Assembly: GCA_020352495.1 (NCBI GenBank) | Contig: CP070677.1 | Coordinates: 2,577,501 to 2,641,500 of the forward strand | Reading direction: 5' to 3' | Length of the DNA: 64,000 bases | Source of the DNA: Candidatus Latescibacterota bacterium | Lineage (GTDB): Bacteria; Krumholzibacteriota; Krumholzibacteriia; WVZY01 | Shown here: positions 11,301 to 18,940 of the stretch, one piece after another | Layout: every line of letters starts with the position of its first letter | Numbering within the stretch: the stretch's first letter is position 1 | Program-made: the position numbers and the translations under genes | The notes under the pieces: generated by a model | What the model was told of the DNA's origin: nothing | Seen by the model: only the letters and a program-made list of their open reading frames with translations | Database searches by the model: none

Positions 11301-11636
11301 TGGCAGCTTCCGCGCTCCGAACGCGCGGACCTGCTCCGGAGAGCCGTCGGTCGCGCCACACGTATCCGCCTCCGCTCGATTCTCTTGACCAGCGGCACGA
11401 CGATAGTCGGTTTGGCACCGCTTCTGGTCCACTTCCGCGAGACCGAAGACAAAGACATCTGGGAGAATCTCGCCCTCGCTTCGATCGGGGGTCTGGCCTC
11501 GAGCACGGTCTTGATTCTCATTGCGATCCCACCGCTCTACTACTTCTGCGTCCGATGCGGCTGGTTGTGGCGGGCGCTATGGCAATGGTTGTTCCACCGC
11601 AAACCCAAATCCCCCAAGTCCAAATCCGCCGCCTGA
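8322..11636 (+). CDS. RND efflux permease subunit 2
   Basis: 1104 aa; ATGA overlap with subunit 1; GLILDNSILVLD, GIVVNNAILL, RLRSILLTS. Confidence 0.94.
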   Translation: MTPFFVRHPVSTWMIFAAFVLLGAYAVPRLQIEAIPETDLPTLTIYTYWNGASPQAVQRSITIPVEEAARKVHGVETVKSRSWAGRSQVEVSFRRDVDIDFARVDLNEQLGEVRRNLPLNASQPQIVAYVPEEFRTDQFFTFSLESPLDPNELRELAETWVTPQLIALEGVADARVLGGANPLIKIFLDRQKLDLYDITPDEIFAAVDRLDELNGAGTIYQAGTEKFVALRSPVQFNRLQRATVAQRGDRMFTLGMLGEVHRDFEDPVYFVRSNGKNVVNIFVEKRSGANSVGVSRALRKALPQMEAEVPFEVTFHIDEDQGEELESKLKELVYRSLVILLLLFLLLAISLRQIKLTAIVTGSIVFAIVISLSFFYFLRISVNFITISGLTVCFGLILDNSILVLDAIHRRLRSMDRAEAAGLSRMAKLKVAFEMILGGTREVLFPILATTTTTVVAFVSFIFLSGRLALFYVPLGISVATALVASLFVAFGWVPMVLHRGWAAPMVRRTADGPNDIRDPQELAKFTDDAPDFMARRPILERITQWNQRLWWIIVPATFGLFVWAGFVYDSKVIKGGFWRLPDIEQLICYLEMPAGTDIRLTSETLMLFEEALMPVRDGVRMRSQTWGNQGLIRVEFEDDVRESETPLYYRTLLMEQADKLGGTSVFISGFSETPYVKGSFGGSMLNSMIKITGFNSQRLKEIAERTLREIERNRRVRNARITTGSQFERIFQEEVVINVDRDKLAVHGLSVMEIVGHLRRLLGVDTPWTMLIDEEQKRVQLAFEDSEDIEFADAAQTLIQTPAGENVRVADLVSVDVLPLSGSIIREDQRYTTNINWEYVGTDQMRLAFIKKVMDSLDLPYGYDAEEAQREFFSEEEEEELTLTLVLAVTFIFMVLAALFESVALPFLVLISLPMALVGVFVIFWLTNSAFDSSARIGLILLFGIVVNNAILLASRFRTEATLVLKSKLGVDPTRKLALFTNTRTQPGGIDLWQLPRSERADLLRRAVGRATRIRLRSILLTSGTTIVGLAPLLVHFRETEDKDIWENLALASIGGLASSTVLILIAIPPLYYFCVRCGWLWRALWQWLFHRKPKSPKSKSAA

Positions 11637-11768
11637 CCAAGCGGGCACTTGCAAACCGTTCTTTGATAGGTTAGCTTTGTCAAAGGGCAGTGAGTCGACT
11701 TTTGTTGATCGGGTGTGAGGACGATCGGCGCAACCCGATGCGAAAAAGGCACATTAAGGAGTAAAACG

Positions 11769-12404
11769 ATGTATGAGGAGACGAGTTACAATTGGCGCGG
11801 TAAGGACGGCACTCGAATTAGAGTCGGTGTCGAACCGTCGCATACCCTAGCAAATGTCTGCCGTTTCGTGGTTGATCCGCCGATTTATCCCGATGGTGCC
11901 GTCCATTTTGCAGATCAGGGAAAGACGGCCTACTCGCCGCTTGCCAAGAAGCTGCTTGATCTCGACGATGTCGCCGAGGTTCTCATCGCCGGCGACTCGG
12001 TAACGGTGACAACTGAAAGTCACGCCGACTGGGAATCCCTCGCCCCCAAGATCGCAGAGGCCATTCGTATCCAAATTGATTCGGGAGACCCCTGCGTAAC
12101 CGAAGAGCACAAAAAAAGTCTTCCGTCCCCCGATGTAATCAGAGAGAAGGTCCAGACACTGATCGACACCGCAATCAATCCTGCGATCTCGTCCCATGGT
12201 GGTAGCGTCACCCTCGTCAATGTGATCGACAATAACGTCGTTTTGGAGTTTGGTGGCGGTTGCCAAGGGTGTGGGATGGCTCACGTGACCCTCAAATACG
12301 GCGTCGAAAGACTGATCCGTGAGCACGTCCCGGAGGTCGGGCAGGTTCTGGATACGACCGATCACGCGAGCGGAGAAAACCCCTACTACTCCCGGTCAAG
12401 CTGA
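11769..12404 (+). CDS. nfuA: NfuA/NifU-family Fe-S carrier (Nfu_N + NifU C-terminal domain)
   Basis: INPAISSHGGSV...FGGGCQGCGMAHVTLKYGVE...VLDTTDHASGENPYY; TAAGGAG RBS before ATG 11769. Confidence 0.88.
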   Translation: MYEETSYNWRGKDGTRIRVGVEPSHTLANVCRFVVDPPIYPDGAVHFADQGKTAYSPLAKKLLDLDDVAEVLIAGDSVTVTTESHADWESLAPKIAEAIRIQIDSGDPCVTEEHKKSLPSPDVIREKVQTLIDTAINPAISSHGGSVTLVNVIDNNVVLEFGGGCQGCGMAHVTLKYGVERLIREHVPEVGQVLDTTDHASGENPYYSRSS

Positions 12405-12475
12405 CCCCGGAGGCGCGACACCACGAACCCGAACGACGTCCTCACGACGACGCAGCGGGATTTCTCGGTCCGTGC

Positions 12476-12895
12476 TCACACGCCGATGACCTTGACCAGA
12501 ACACGCTTCCGACGACGGCCATCGAACTCGCCATAAAAGATTTGCTCCCAAGGCCCGAAATCAAGCTTGCCACCGGTTATGGCGACCACGACCTCACGCC
12601 CCATGATCTGTCTCTTGAGATGCGCGTCTCCGTTGTCTTCCCCCGTCCGGTTATGCCGGTAGTGACTGACAGGCTCGTGCGGAGCCAGCCGCTCCAACCA
12701 GTCATCGTAGTCTTGATGCAGCCCTGATTCGTCATCGTTGATAAACACCGAAGCGGTAATATGCATGGCGTTGACCAAAACCAATCCCTCTGTCACGCCG
12801 CTTTCACGCAGACAGTCGTCGACCTCCCCCGTTATGTTGATGAACCCGCGGCGGTTCGGGATGTTGAACCACAACTCCCTCCGGTAGCTTTTCAT
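12476..12895 (-). CDS. yjbQ: YjbQ/UPF0047 family protein (copy 1)
   Basis: [45 protein letters not shown]. Confidence 0.9.
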   Translation of the reverse strand: MKSYRRELWFNIPNRRGFINITGEVDDCLRESGVTEGLVLVNAMHITASVFINDDESGLHQDYDDWLERLAPHEPVSHYRHNRTGEDNGDAHLKRQIMGREVVVAITGGKLDFGPWEQIFYGEFDGRRRKRVLVKVIGV

Positions 12896-13011
12896 TTGCA
12901 TCACCTCTCGTTTTGACCGTTGGGGTGCTTCCATCGGTGCCGATTAATATCCGCAATCGACCGACAACCCAGACACCGAAGCGGCACCTCAACGAATGAT
13001 CCTCACTATAC

Positions 13012-13053
13012 AAAACGCCACCGGGGATCGGCGCGTCCGTATCCCCGGTGGCG
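13012..13053 (-). terminator. Intrinsic terminator after the 13109-13651 gene
   Basis: 13-bp arms CGCCACCGGGGAT/ATCCCCGGTGGCG followed by TTTTG on the minus strand. Confidence 0.75.
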
Positions 13054-13108
13054 GTGTATTGGTCCGAGCCGCGCCCCGGGCGACTCGAGCCGCACGCCGA
13101 GAGGGTGG

Positions 13109-13651
13109 TTATTCCCCCGTCTTCGTTTCGGCGGCTTTCTTCTCGGCCTTCATTTTTTTGGCCGCTTCCTCCAACATCTTGTTCGTCTTTCGCGAGTTGT
13201 CGGAATAGGCATGGAGAGCTTTCACCCCTTCATCGGTGTTCGATGAAGCCACCATGATCTGACCGAGCTGCGCGTCGAACTTCTCGAAGGTGATATCGTC
13301 CCTGCCCTTCAGCTTGAACATACCCACACAAAACGGGCACAGCTGTGCTTCCTTCTCCTCAGCCGAGAGTTTTGCCGCTTCCGCCCGTGCGGCCTCGCAC
13401 TTTTCCTCACACGCCCGAAAATCGCCAACGTGCTCCTCGTTGGCCATCAAAAACGCCACGACAAAGCCATTTGACGTGTCAAAGATGTCGTATCTTATGT
13501 TCTGCATCACCTGCGGGTATTCCCCATAGGGCTTGCAAGCTACACAGTTCATCATCTTCATCATCGTCTCTTCGGGTGTCATTTCTCCGGCAAATGCCAG
13601 CGAGCTGACAACCAGCACCGAGACGACTGCAACACTCATGAGCGTTTTCAC
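13109..13651 (-). CDS. Secreted hypothetical protein with two CxxC motifs
   Basis: GAGGAGG RBS before GTG 13651; signal peptide ending AFA; CVAC, CEEKC and CPFC motifs; own terminator. Confidence 0.8.
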   Translation of the reverse strand: MKTLMSVAVVSVLVVSSLAFAGEMTPEETMMKMMNCVACKPYGEYPQVMQNIRYDIFDTSNGFVVAFLMANEEHVGDFRACEEKCEAARAEAAKLSAEEKEAQLCPFCVGMFKLKGRDDITFEKFDAQLGQIMVASSNTDEGVKALHAYSDNSRKTNKMLEEAAKKMKAEKKAAETKTGE

Positions 13652-13877
13652 CTTTACCTCCTCACGATTCAGGTGATTCCCCCGATTCCACGACCGAGTA
13701 CCGTTGTTCAGCCTCTTGACCCGACAGATACTCCTATGGAACGGTATCGGTGTGGCTCTTCGATGTGACAGACGATACCAATGGCCGATCGACAGGGTCC
13801 CCGTTTTTACGCCCCAACGCCCCCCAACACCACCGACCTCTCTCACTCGCGTCGGATCATCAACCAACATTAGCGCG

Positions 13878-14066
13878 TCACTTGGCGACACCGAGCTTTT
13901 TGAGAAAGGACTCCATCAGACACCACTTGGTGAACGCGGACTGGAGAAGATTCAATCCAACAAAAGCGGTAAAAAAGAGCCAGTATGGATGATGGATACG
14001 GGACAAGATGAGGGATCCCAAAACGAAGCTGCCTGCAATGGCCCGGATGTATCTTTCCATCGTCAT
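13878..14066 (-). CDS. DUF2892 (YgaP-like) small membrane protein
   Basis: MERYIRAIAGS...WLFFTAFVGLNLLQSAFTKWCLME..LKKLG; GAGGAG RBS. Confidence 0.88.
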   Translation of the reverse strand: MTMERYIRAIAGSFVLGSLILSRIHHPYWLFFTAFVGLNLLQSAFTKWCLMESFLKKLGVAK

Positions 14067-14209
14067 ACGTGTTCTCCTCGACACTCGTTCACGTCTCTCA
14101 ACACCGTCTTGTTATCACGCCCAATTATAAAAAATCGCCGGTCCAACACAAGCGGTTTCTGGCTTCCCCCGCTCGAGCTCGTAAAGGCGGCCGGATTTCC
14201 CCTTACAGG

Positions 14210-14249
14210 CAAAGAAAAAGCGCCCGGATGTAAACGGGCGCTTCTCTTG
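14210..14249 (-). terminator. Intrinsic terminator of the 14275-14823 gene
   Basis: AAGCGCCCG/CGGGCGCTT stem followed by TTTCTTT on the minus strand. Confidence 0.8.
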
Positions 14250-14274
14250 TCCTCTACCTTATGTACGAAACAGT

Positions 14275-14823
14275 CTACTCTGCGTAGAGCGATTTCACCT
14301 TACCCCAGGTGGAATCCTCAGCCGGGACATCGCACTGACAGGATCCGTCAGCATTAATGATGCCCTCTCCCCCGGTCGCAAAGATCAAGTTGTTCACACA
14401 GTCCACAACCTCGATCTGACCCGAAGGAACGGCCGGATCGGGTAGGATTTGGTAGTAACAACACGAGCCGGTCAGACCCTGGCAGAAAAAGCTGATGTCC
14501 AGGACGTTGTTCGGGCTAGGGATACACGCGCCGAATCCGACGGCCACACCGGTCTGAGAGTTGCCGATGGTGACCGGGTAAAGCGCCGTATCGGACAGGT
14601 ATGTCCCGAGGAAACAAGCCGGCACCGGTGCCCAAAACTGACAGGCAGTCGCACCCGGCGAGTTCACATGAACCACATGATAGGTGCAAAGACCCGGAAC
14701 AAGATCCTGGAGATTGCAGTCGGTACCCATGGGATCGCCAAAGATGCCGATGCTACCCGCCTGGGCAAACACCACGCTCGCTGCGAAAAGCATTGCGACC
14801 GCGAGGTATACCACTTTCTTCAT
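14275..14823 (-). CDS. Secreted Cys-rich protein with C-terminal VP...STWGKVKSLY tail
   Basis: AAAGGAGGAG RBS; signal peptide ending VFA-Q; 11 Cys; ends DVPAEDSTWGKVKSLYAE. Confidence 0.88.
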   Translation of the reverse strand: MKKVVYLAVAMLFAASVVFAQAGSIGIFGDPMGTDCNLQDLVPGLCTYHVVHVNSPGATACQFWAPVPACFLGTYLSDTALYPVTIGNSQTGVAVGFGACIPSPNNVLDISFFCQGLTGSCCYYQILPDPAVPSGQIEVVDCVNNLIFATGGEGIINADGSCQCDVPAEDSTWGKVKSLYAE

Positions 14824-14948
14824 AACGTTACTCCTCCTTTAGTACAACGCACGTTGTTGAATCACTGCAGCTGGCAACCAGGAGAAGCACGTCACCATCC
14901 CGTGAGCGCAAGAGGGGAAGGAGATCCATGCTCCACTGTTGCTCTCCC

Positions 14949-14978
14949 ATTATATCACAAGCTCGAACTCCCCGTCAA
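14949..14978 (-). promoter_or_regulatory. Near-consensus sigma70 promoter for the 14823 gene
   Basis: TTGACG-18 nt-TATAAT with extended -10 TG. Confidence 0.75.
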
Positions 14979-15382
14979 TTAAAGAGTTTCGCTTTTGCCT
15001 TGTAGGAAAACCGGAAACAAGGCATACCATCGGGACAAAAACCAACGCCATTATTGTACAACCCAAAGATATCTCGAAGATCTTCCAGTAAATATGGGCA
15101 CAAACGCCGCCACCTTCCCCGTCACCACCGGTATGTCCGTCACTCCGAAAACGGGGAATCGCAATCCATGTTGGGACAGTTGTGGGAATCACTCGATGGT
15201 CCCGGAACTCATGGGCACACAGAAGTCAGGGATACCGCCACGATTGAAATCGTGTCAGGCGGAACCTGCAATGTCATTATGGGAGATGAGAAATTCGTGG
15301 CCACTCGCGGGGAGTAGCCCGGGCAAGTCATCGACATCCGCGTCGACGCTGACGCGCGCACCAGGCGGCACACAGGGATCCG

Positions 15383-15673
15383 TCACACAACGGATTGTAT
15401 CAACCCCGCTATCACCTTGAGCACGGTCTTGCCAATCGCTTTGGCCACCGTTAGAACCACGCTCACATAGCTCTTTATCGCCGAAACGGTATCGTTCTCG
15501 TCGAGCGAACAGGTATCGAGCCGTGCGATGATATCGGTGCCCGGTATCGTCACGTCGTTTACCGACAACAGTTCCGCCGTCGAATCTCGATAGATCCCCG
15601 TATCACCGGACGCTTGCGCGAAGACCAACGTGAGGAGCGCGACGACAATCGTTGCCAAAACCGTTCGTTTCAT
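15383..15673 (-). CDS. Small secreted or membrane hypothetical protein (96 aa)
   Basis: GGGAGG RBS; signal-like MKRTVLATIVVALLTLVFAQA; amphipathic C-terminal helix. Confidence 0.6.
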   Translation of the reverse strand: MKRTVLATIVVALLTLVFAQASGDTGIYRDSTAELLSVNDVTIPGTDIIARLDTCSLDENDTVSAIKSYVSVVLTVAKAIGKTVLKVIAGLIQSVV

Positions 15674-15802
15674 TGGATCCTCCCGGACTGTCTCGTCTTC
15701 TATACGTTTGCACAGCCCAAAGGTTCCACCGTCCGACGATCGACCGCACAAACCGCTCTTTGACAGCAGGTTGCCACCAACACTGGTGGCGGGTCCTCCC
15801 GC

Positions 15803-16222
15803 CTAGACCCCGACCAGCTGGACAACAACCTTTCGGTTTCTCGACCGGTTGTCAAAGTCCGCGAGGACGAGTTGCTGCCAGGTTCCCAACATCATCTTGC
15901 CGCTCGAGAAAGGAACCGAGTGCGAGGTCTTGAGCAGAAACGACCGCATGTGCGAAAACCCGTTTCCGTCATGCCAGGTATTGTCGTGGTGATACGGCCG
16001 GTCCGAAGGGAGCACCTTCTCGAAAAACTCCGGGATGTCTTTGAGCAAGCCGGGTTCATACTCGACCGTGCTGATCGCAGCCGTCGAGCCCATCACCGCG
16101 ACACAGGCGATGCCATCCCGCAACCCCGACCGGCCGAGGCAATCATGAACCTTGTCCGTGATATCCTCGAGATGGCAATACCCGTTGGACTTGATCGTGA
16201 AATCATACGTTTTGACGTTCAT
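15803..16222 (-). CDS. yjbQ: YjbQ/UPF0047 family protein (copy 2)
   Basis: GSTAAISTVEYEPGL, YHHDNTWHDGNGFSHMRS, MLGTWQQLVLADFDNRSRNR. Confidence 0.9.
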   Translation of the reverse strand: MNVKTYDFTIKSNGYCHLEDITDKVHDCLGRSGLRDGIACVAVMGSTAAISTVEYEPGLLKDIPEFFEKVLPSDRPYHHDNTWHDGNGFSHMRSFLLKTSHSVPFSSGKMMLGTWQQLVLADFDNRSRNRKVVVQLVGV

Positions 16223-16339
16223 AACAAGATGAGGATAACAGAACCTTCGGGATTGTCCAAACCTGAGTCGCCCGGCGCACGAACTGGATTCAAGCCCGAC
16301 AAACGTGTTAAAATAGGACAACGCCGGGAGGTCACGATT

Positions 16340-17917
16340 TTGCAAAACCGTTTGACCAGGGTGGCAATCGGCCTCGTCCTCGTTGGTTTGTTGGAGTTCC
16401 TTCGTGTTGGGGCGGCGGGAACTCCAGCGAAGTCAGAACCGCCTCAGCTTTCCCCGACCGCCCCCAACGAGTCCCTTAGTCCCCGCTCCCCGAGTTCCCG
16501 GACCGACGCTCTCTTTGAAGAAAACGTGGCGTTTTGGGCACCCGATCCGAGCGGCACGACGGAAATCCTCTCGGCCGTCTGGGGTCAGAACGACGAGTTT
16601 GTCGTTGTCGGGTCCAACGGAACCATCCTCCACTATGACGGCACGCTATGGCAGCCGATGAACAGCGGCACGACAGTCGATCTCCAGGGTGTTTGGGGGC
16701 ATTCTTTGACGGATATCTTTGCCGTTGGCCCCGACGGCACAATCATTCGGCACAGCGGTTCCGCATGGCTCCAGATGCAGACACCCACCACCGAGTTTCT
16801 TCGCGGAGTCTGGGGCACCTCGCCGTCGGATGTATTCGTCACGGGCACGAGAGGTACCATCATCCACTATGACGGTATTCACTGGCAAAGCATGGAAAGT
16901 AACAATCCCAATCGCCTCTACGACATCTGGGGTAGTTCCAACACGGACATCTTTGTCGTCGGCCACCTGGCCACAGTCCTTCACTTCGACGGCTCGACCT
17001 GGACAACCATGGACAGCGGCGCGCGCACGACGCTGTGGGGCGTATGGGGCGACTCAACCGGTTACGTCTTTGCGGTCGGTGGCGGTGGTGTCATCGTTCG
17101 CTATGACGGGTCGGACTGGTCGCAGATGATCAGCGGAACTACGGAAACACTGCTCCGCGTATGGGGAACGTCCACAGACAACGTTTTCGCAGTGGGCGGC
17201 AATGGCACGATTCTGCAATATGACGGCTCCGCGTGGCGTGCGACCAACAGCGGAACGTCGCACACCCTCAAAGACGTCTACGGAACCTCCGAGACCACGA
17301 TCCTCGCTGTTGGCGAGAATGGAACAATCCTTCGTTACTTCGGCGATGACGTCCCCGTTTTTTTGCAGGACTTCCGCGTCAATGCCTTGCCCGACGCCGC
17401 GTCGATCGTCTGGCAAATAAGCGGCGACGCGCAGGTTCGAGGGTTCCGGATTCACAAAAGGTGGCCCGACGGCACGTTGTCGTCGATTCCTTCGCCAACC
17501 ACGCTGATTCACCCCACCCAACGTACCTATCTGGACGACAACCTCACGGTAGGAGGCGTTTATCATTATGCTCTCGCGATCCATGCACTCGACGGATTCG
17601 CGACGCGGTCACCGTGGATAGGCGTGGCTATACCTCTATACCCGTTGATCCTGCATCAAAATGCGCCAAACCCATTCAATCCTGAGACGAGGGTCGAGTT
17701 TTTTCTGCCGGTGCGCAGCTCTGTGAATTTGGCCGTTTTCGAGGTGAGCGGCAGACATGTCGTGACCCTCATCAATGAGGTCTTGCCGGCAGGCCATCAT
17801 TTCGTGGATTGGAATGGCCGAAACGCCACCGGCCATCCGGTGGCAACCGGCGTTTACATATGCCGTCTGCGGGCCGGAAAAAGCCAACTTTCGACAAAAA
17901 TGACCCTCGCGAAATGA
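16340..17917 (+). CDS. Secreted 7-repeat beta-propeller with C-terminal FlgD-Ig/T9SS-like domain
   Basis: GGGAGG RBS before TTG 16340; seven roughly 39-aa L.xVWG.s..dvfaVG..GtI..ydG..W repeats; tail LHQNAPNPFNPETRVEF...WNGRN...GVYICRL. Confidence 0.85.
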   Translation: MQNRLTRVAIGLVLVGLLEFLRVGAAGTPAKSEPPQLSPTAPNESLSPRSPSSRTDALFEENVAFWAPDPSGTTEILSAVWGQNDEFVVVGSNGTILHYDGTLWQPMNSGTTVDLQGVWGHSLTDIFAVGPDGTIIRHSGSAWLQMQTPTTEFLRGVWGTSPSDVFVTGTRGTIIHYDGIHWQSMESNNPNRLYDIWGSSNTDIFVVGHLATVLHFDGSTWTTMDSGARTTLWGVWGDSTGYVFAVGGGGVIVRYDGSDWSQMISGTTETLLRVWGTSTDNVFAVGGNGTILQYDGSAWRATNSGTSHTLKDVYGTSETTILAVGENGTILRYFGDDVPVFLQDFRVNALPDAASIVWQISGDAQVRGFRIHKRWPDGTLSSIPSPTTLIHPTQRTYLDDNLTVGGVYHYALAIHALDGFATRSPWIGVAIPLYPLILHQNAPNPFNPETRVEFFLPVRSSVNLAVFEVSGRHVVTLINEVLPAGHHFVDWNGRNATGHPVATGVYICRLRAGKSQLSTKMTLAK

Positions 17918-18003
17918 GTATTTGTGCTCGAACGCGTCGTGGCCACAAGATCCTGACCTAGGCGATCCCACCCTGCACAATGACGACGTACACCAGGCAT
18001 CGG

Positions 18004-18924
18004 TCACTGGCCTGTCTCTTCCGTTGTCGCAGTCACGGGGTTCGTTATGTCGAGCACGATCTTCCAGGTGCTTGCGGGTTCCCGCACCCATATTCTCAAA
18101 TAACTCTCTCTCTCCTCTTCCCCTCCGTTCAACCGGCCCGAGCCAATACGCCCCGTGCCGTACGTATATCCAAGATCACCGGAACGGGACACACCACCGG
18201 AGATCGGCTCGAACGATACCCGTGGGTTCTCACCACCCAAGACAGTACGGAGACCCTCTTTGCCCGTCACAGGAAAAGCATCCATTCGGCACAACTTTAT
18301 GTCGTCCGCGGCAAACTCCTCCAAGGCGGCAAGGACCCCTCGTTTTTGGGACACGCCGGAAAACTCGCGGTCGACACCCAACAGCACATCGAGCTCGGTC
18401 CCCGCGTCGCCGGCTGAGGGACGATGTCCCTTTCGATTTCTGTTCGGCACAGCAACCGTTGATCCCAGGCTTGTCGGTTTTTCATGCACCGTTCCCACGT
18501 CGATCACGACCTGCCATCTTGCGCCCGGTTTTCGCCGCCATACCGAGACATACTCCCCAAAGATGTCTGGCTCGACACCCGCCCCCTCCACGCTGTACGT
18601 CCAAGGCCCCGTCGTGTAACCGAGATCGCCGGCACTCGCGATATCTGCAAGAACGGGTTCCCAACTGAGCAACGCCTTGGAGTCCGGCTGATCGAGATAC
18701 CACTGTCTGCCATTCACTGGTTGCGGCCGAAAGATCACGGCGTCGTCGGCAAGGTTGGCCAAGAACGCCGCGCGAACCCCCAGAGCCTCGGCGGCTTTTG
18801 CGAACCGTCGTTCTGCCTCGACAAGACCCCGGAGTTCAGCACTCACGTTCGCCGATCGCTCACAACCGACGAGCGCGAACGCGCAGGCAAACACCGCCAA
18901 TCCGATTCGTTTCAATTCTCCCAC
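18004..18924 (-). CDS. Lipoprotein with tandem NTF2-like (DUF4440) domains
   Basis: Lipobox LVGC; two copies of the S..GDLGYT.G...Y..VW.R.P...W..V.D motif. Confidence 0.82.
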   Translation of the reverse strand: MGELKRIGLAVFACAFALVGCERSANVSAELRGLVEAERRFAKAAEALGVRAAFLANLADDAVIFRPQPVNGRQWYLDQPDSKALLSWEPVLADIASAGDLGYTTGPWTYSVEGAGVEPDIFGEYVSVWRRKPGARWQVVIDVGTVHEKPTSLGSTVAVPNRNRKGHRPSAGDAGTELDVLLGVDREFSGVSQKRGVLAALEEFAADDIKLCRMDAFPVTGKEGLRTVLGGENPRVSFEPISGGVSRSGDLGYTYGTGRIGSGRLNGGEEERESYLRIWVREPASTWKIVLDITNPVTATTEETGQ

Positions 18925-18940
18925 CCTTCCGTTGTTTGTT

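Noticed and set aside
10278..11432. 384-aa antisense ORF inside RND subunit 2
   Set aside because: Shadow frame of a GC-rich gene; no recognisable motifs
14980..15382. Short ORFs in the 400-nt gap upstream of the WGxxK gene promoter
   Set aside because: No RBS or motif support; the 80-aa minus ORF runs through the promoter
15872..16339. 156-aa N-terminal extension of the propeller ORF
   Set aside because: Overlaps yjbQ on the opposite strand; a better RBS, TTG start and signal-like segment begin at 16340
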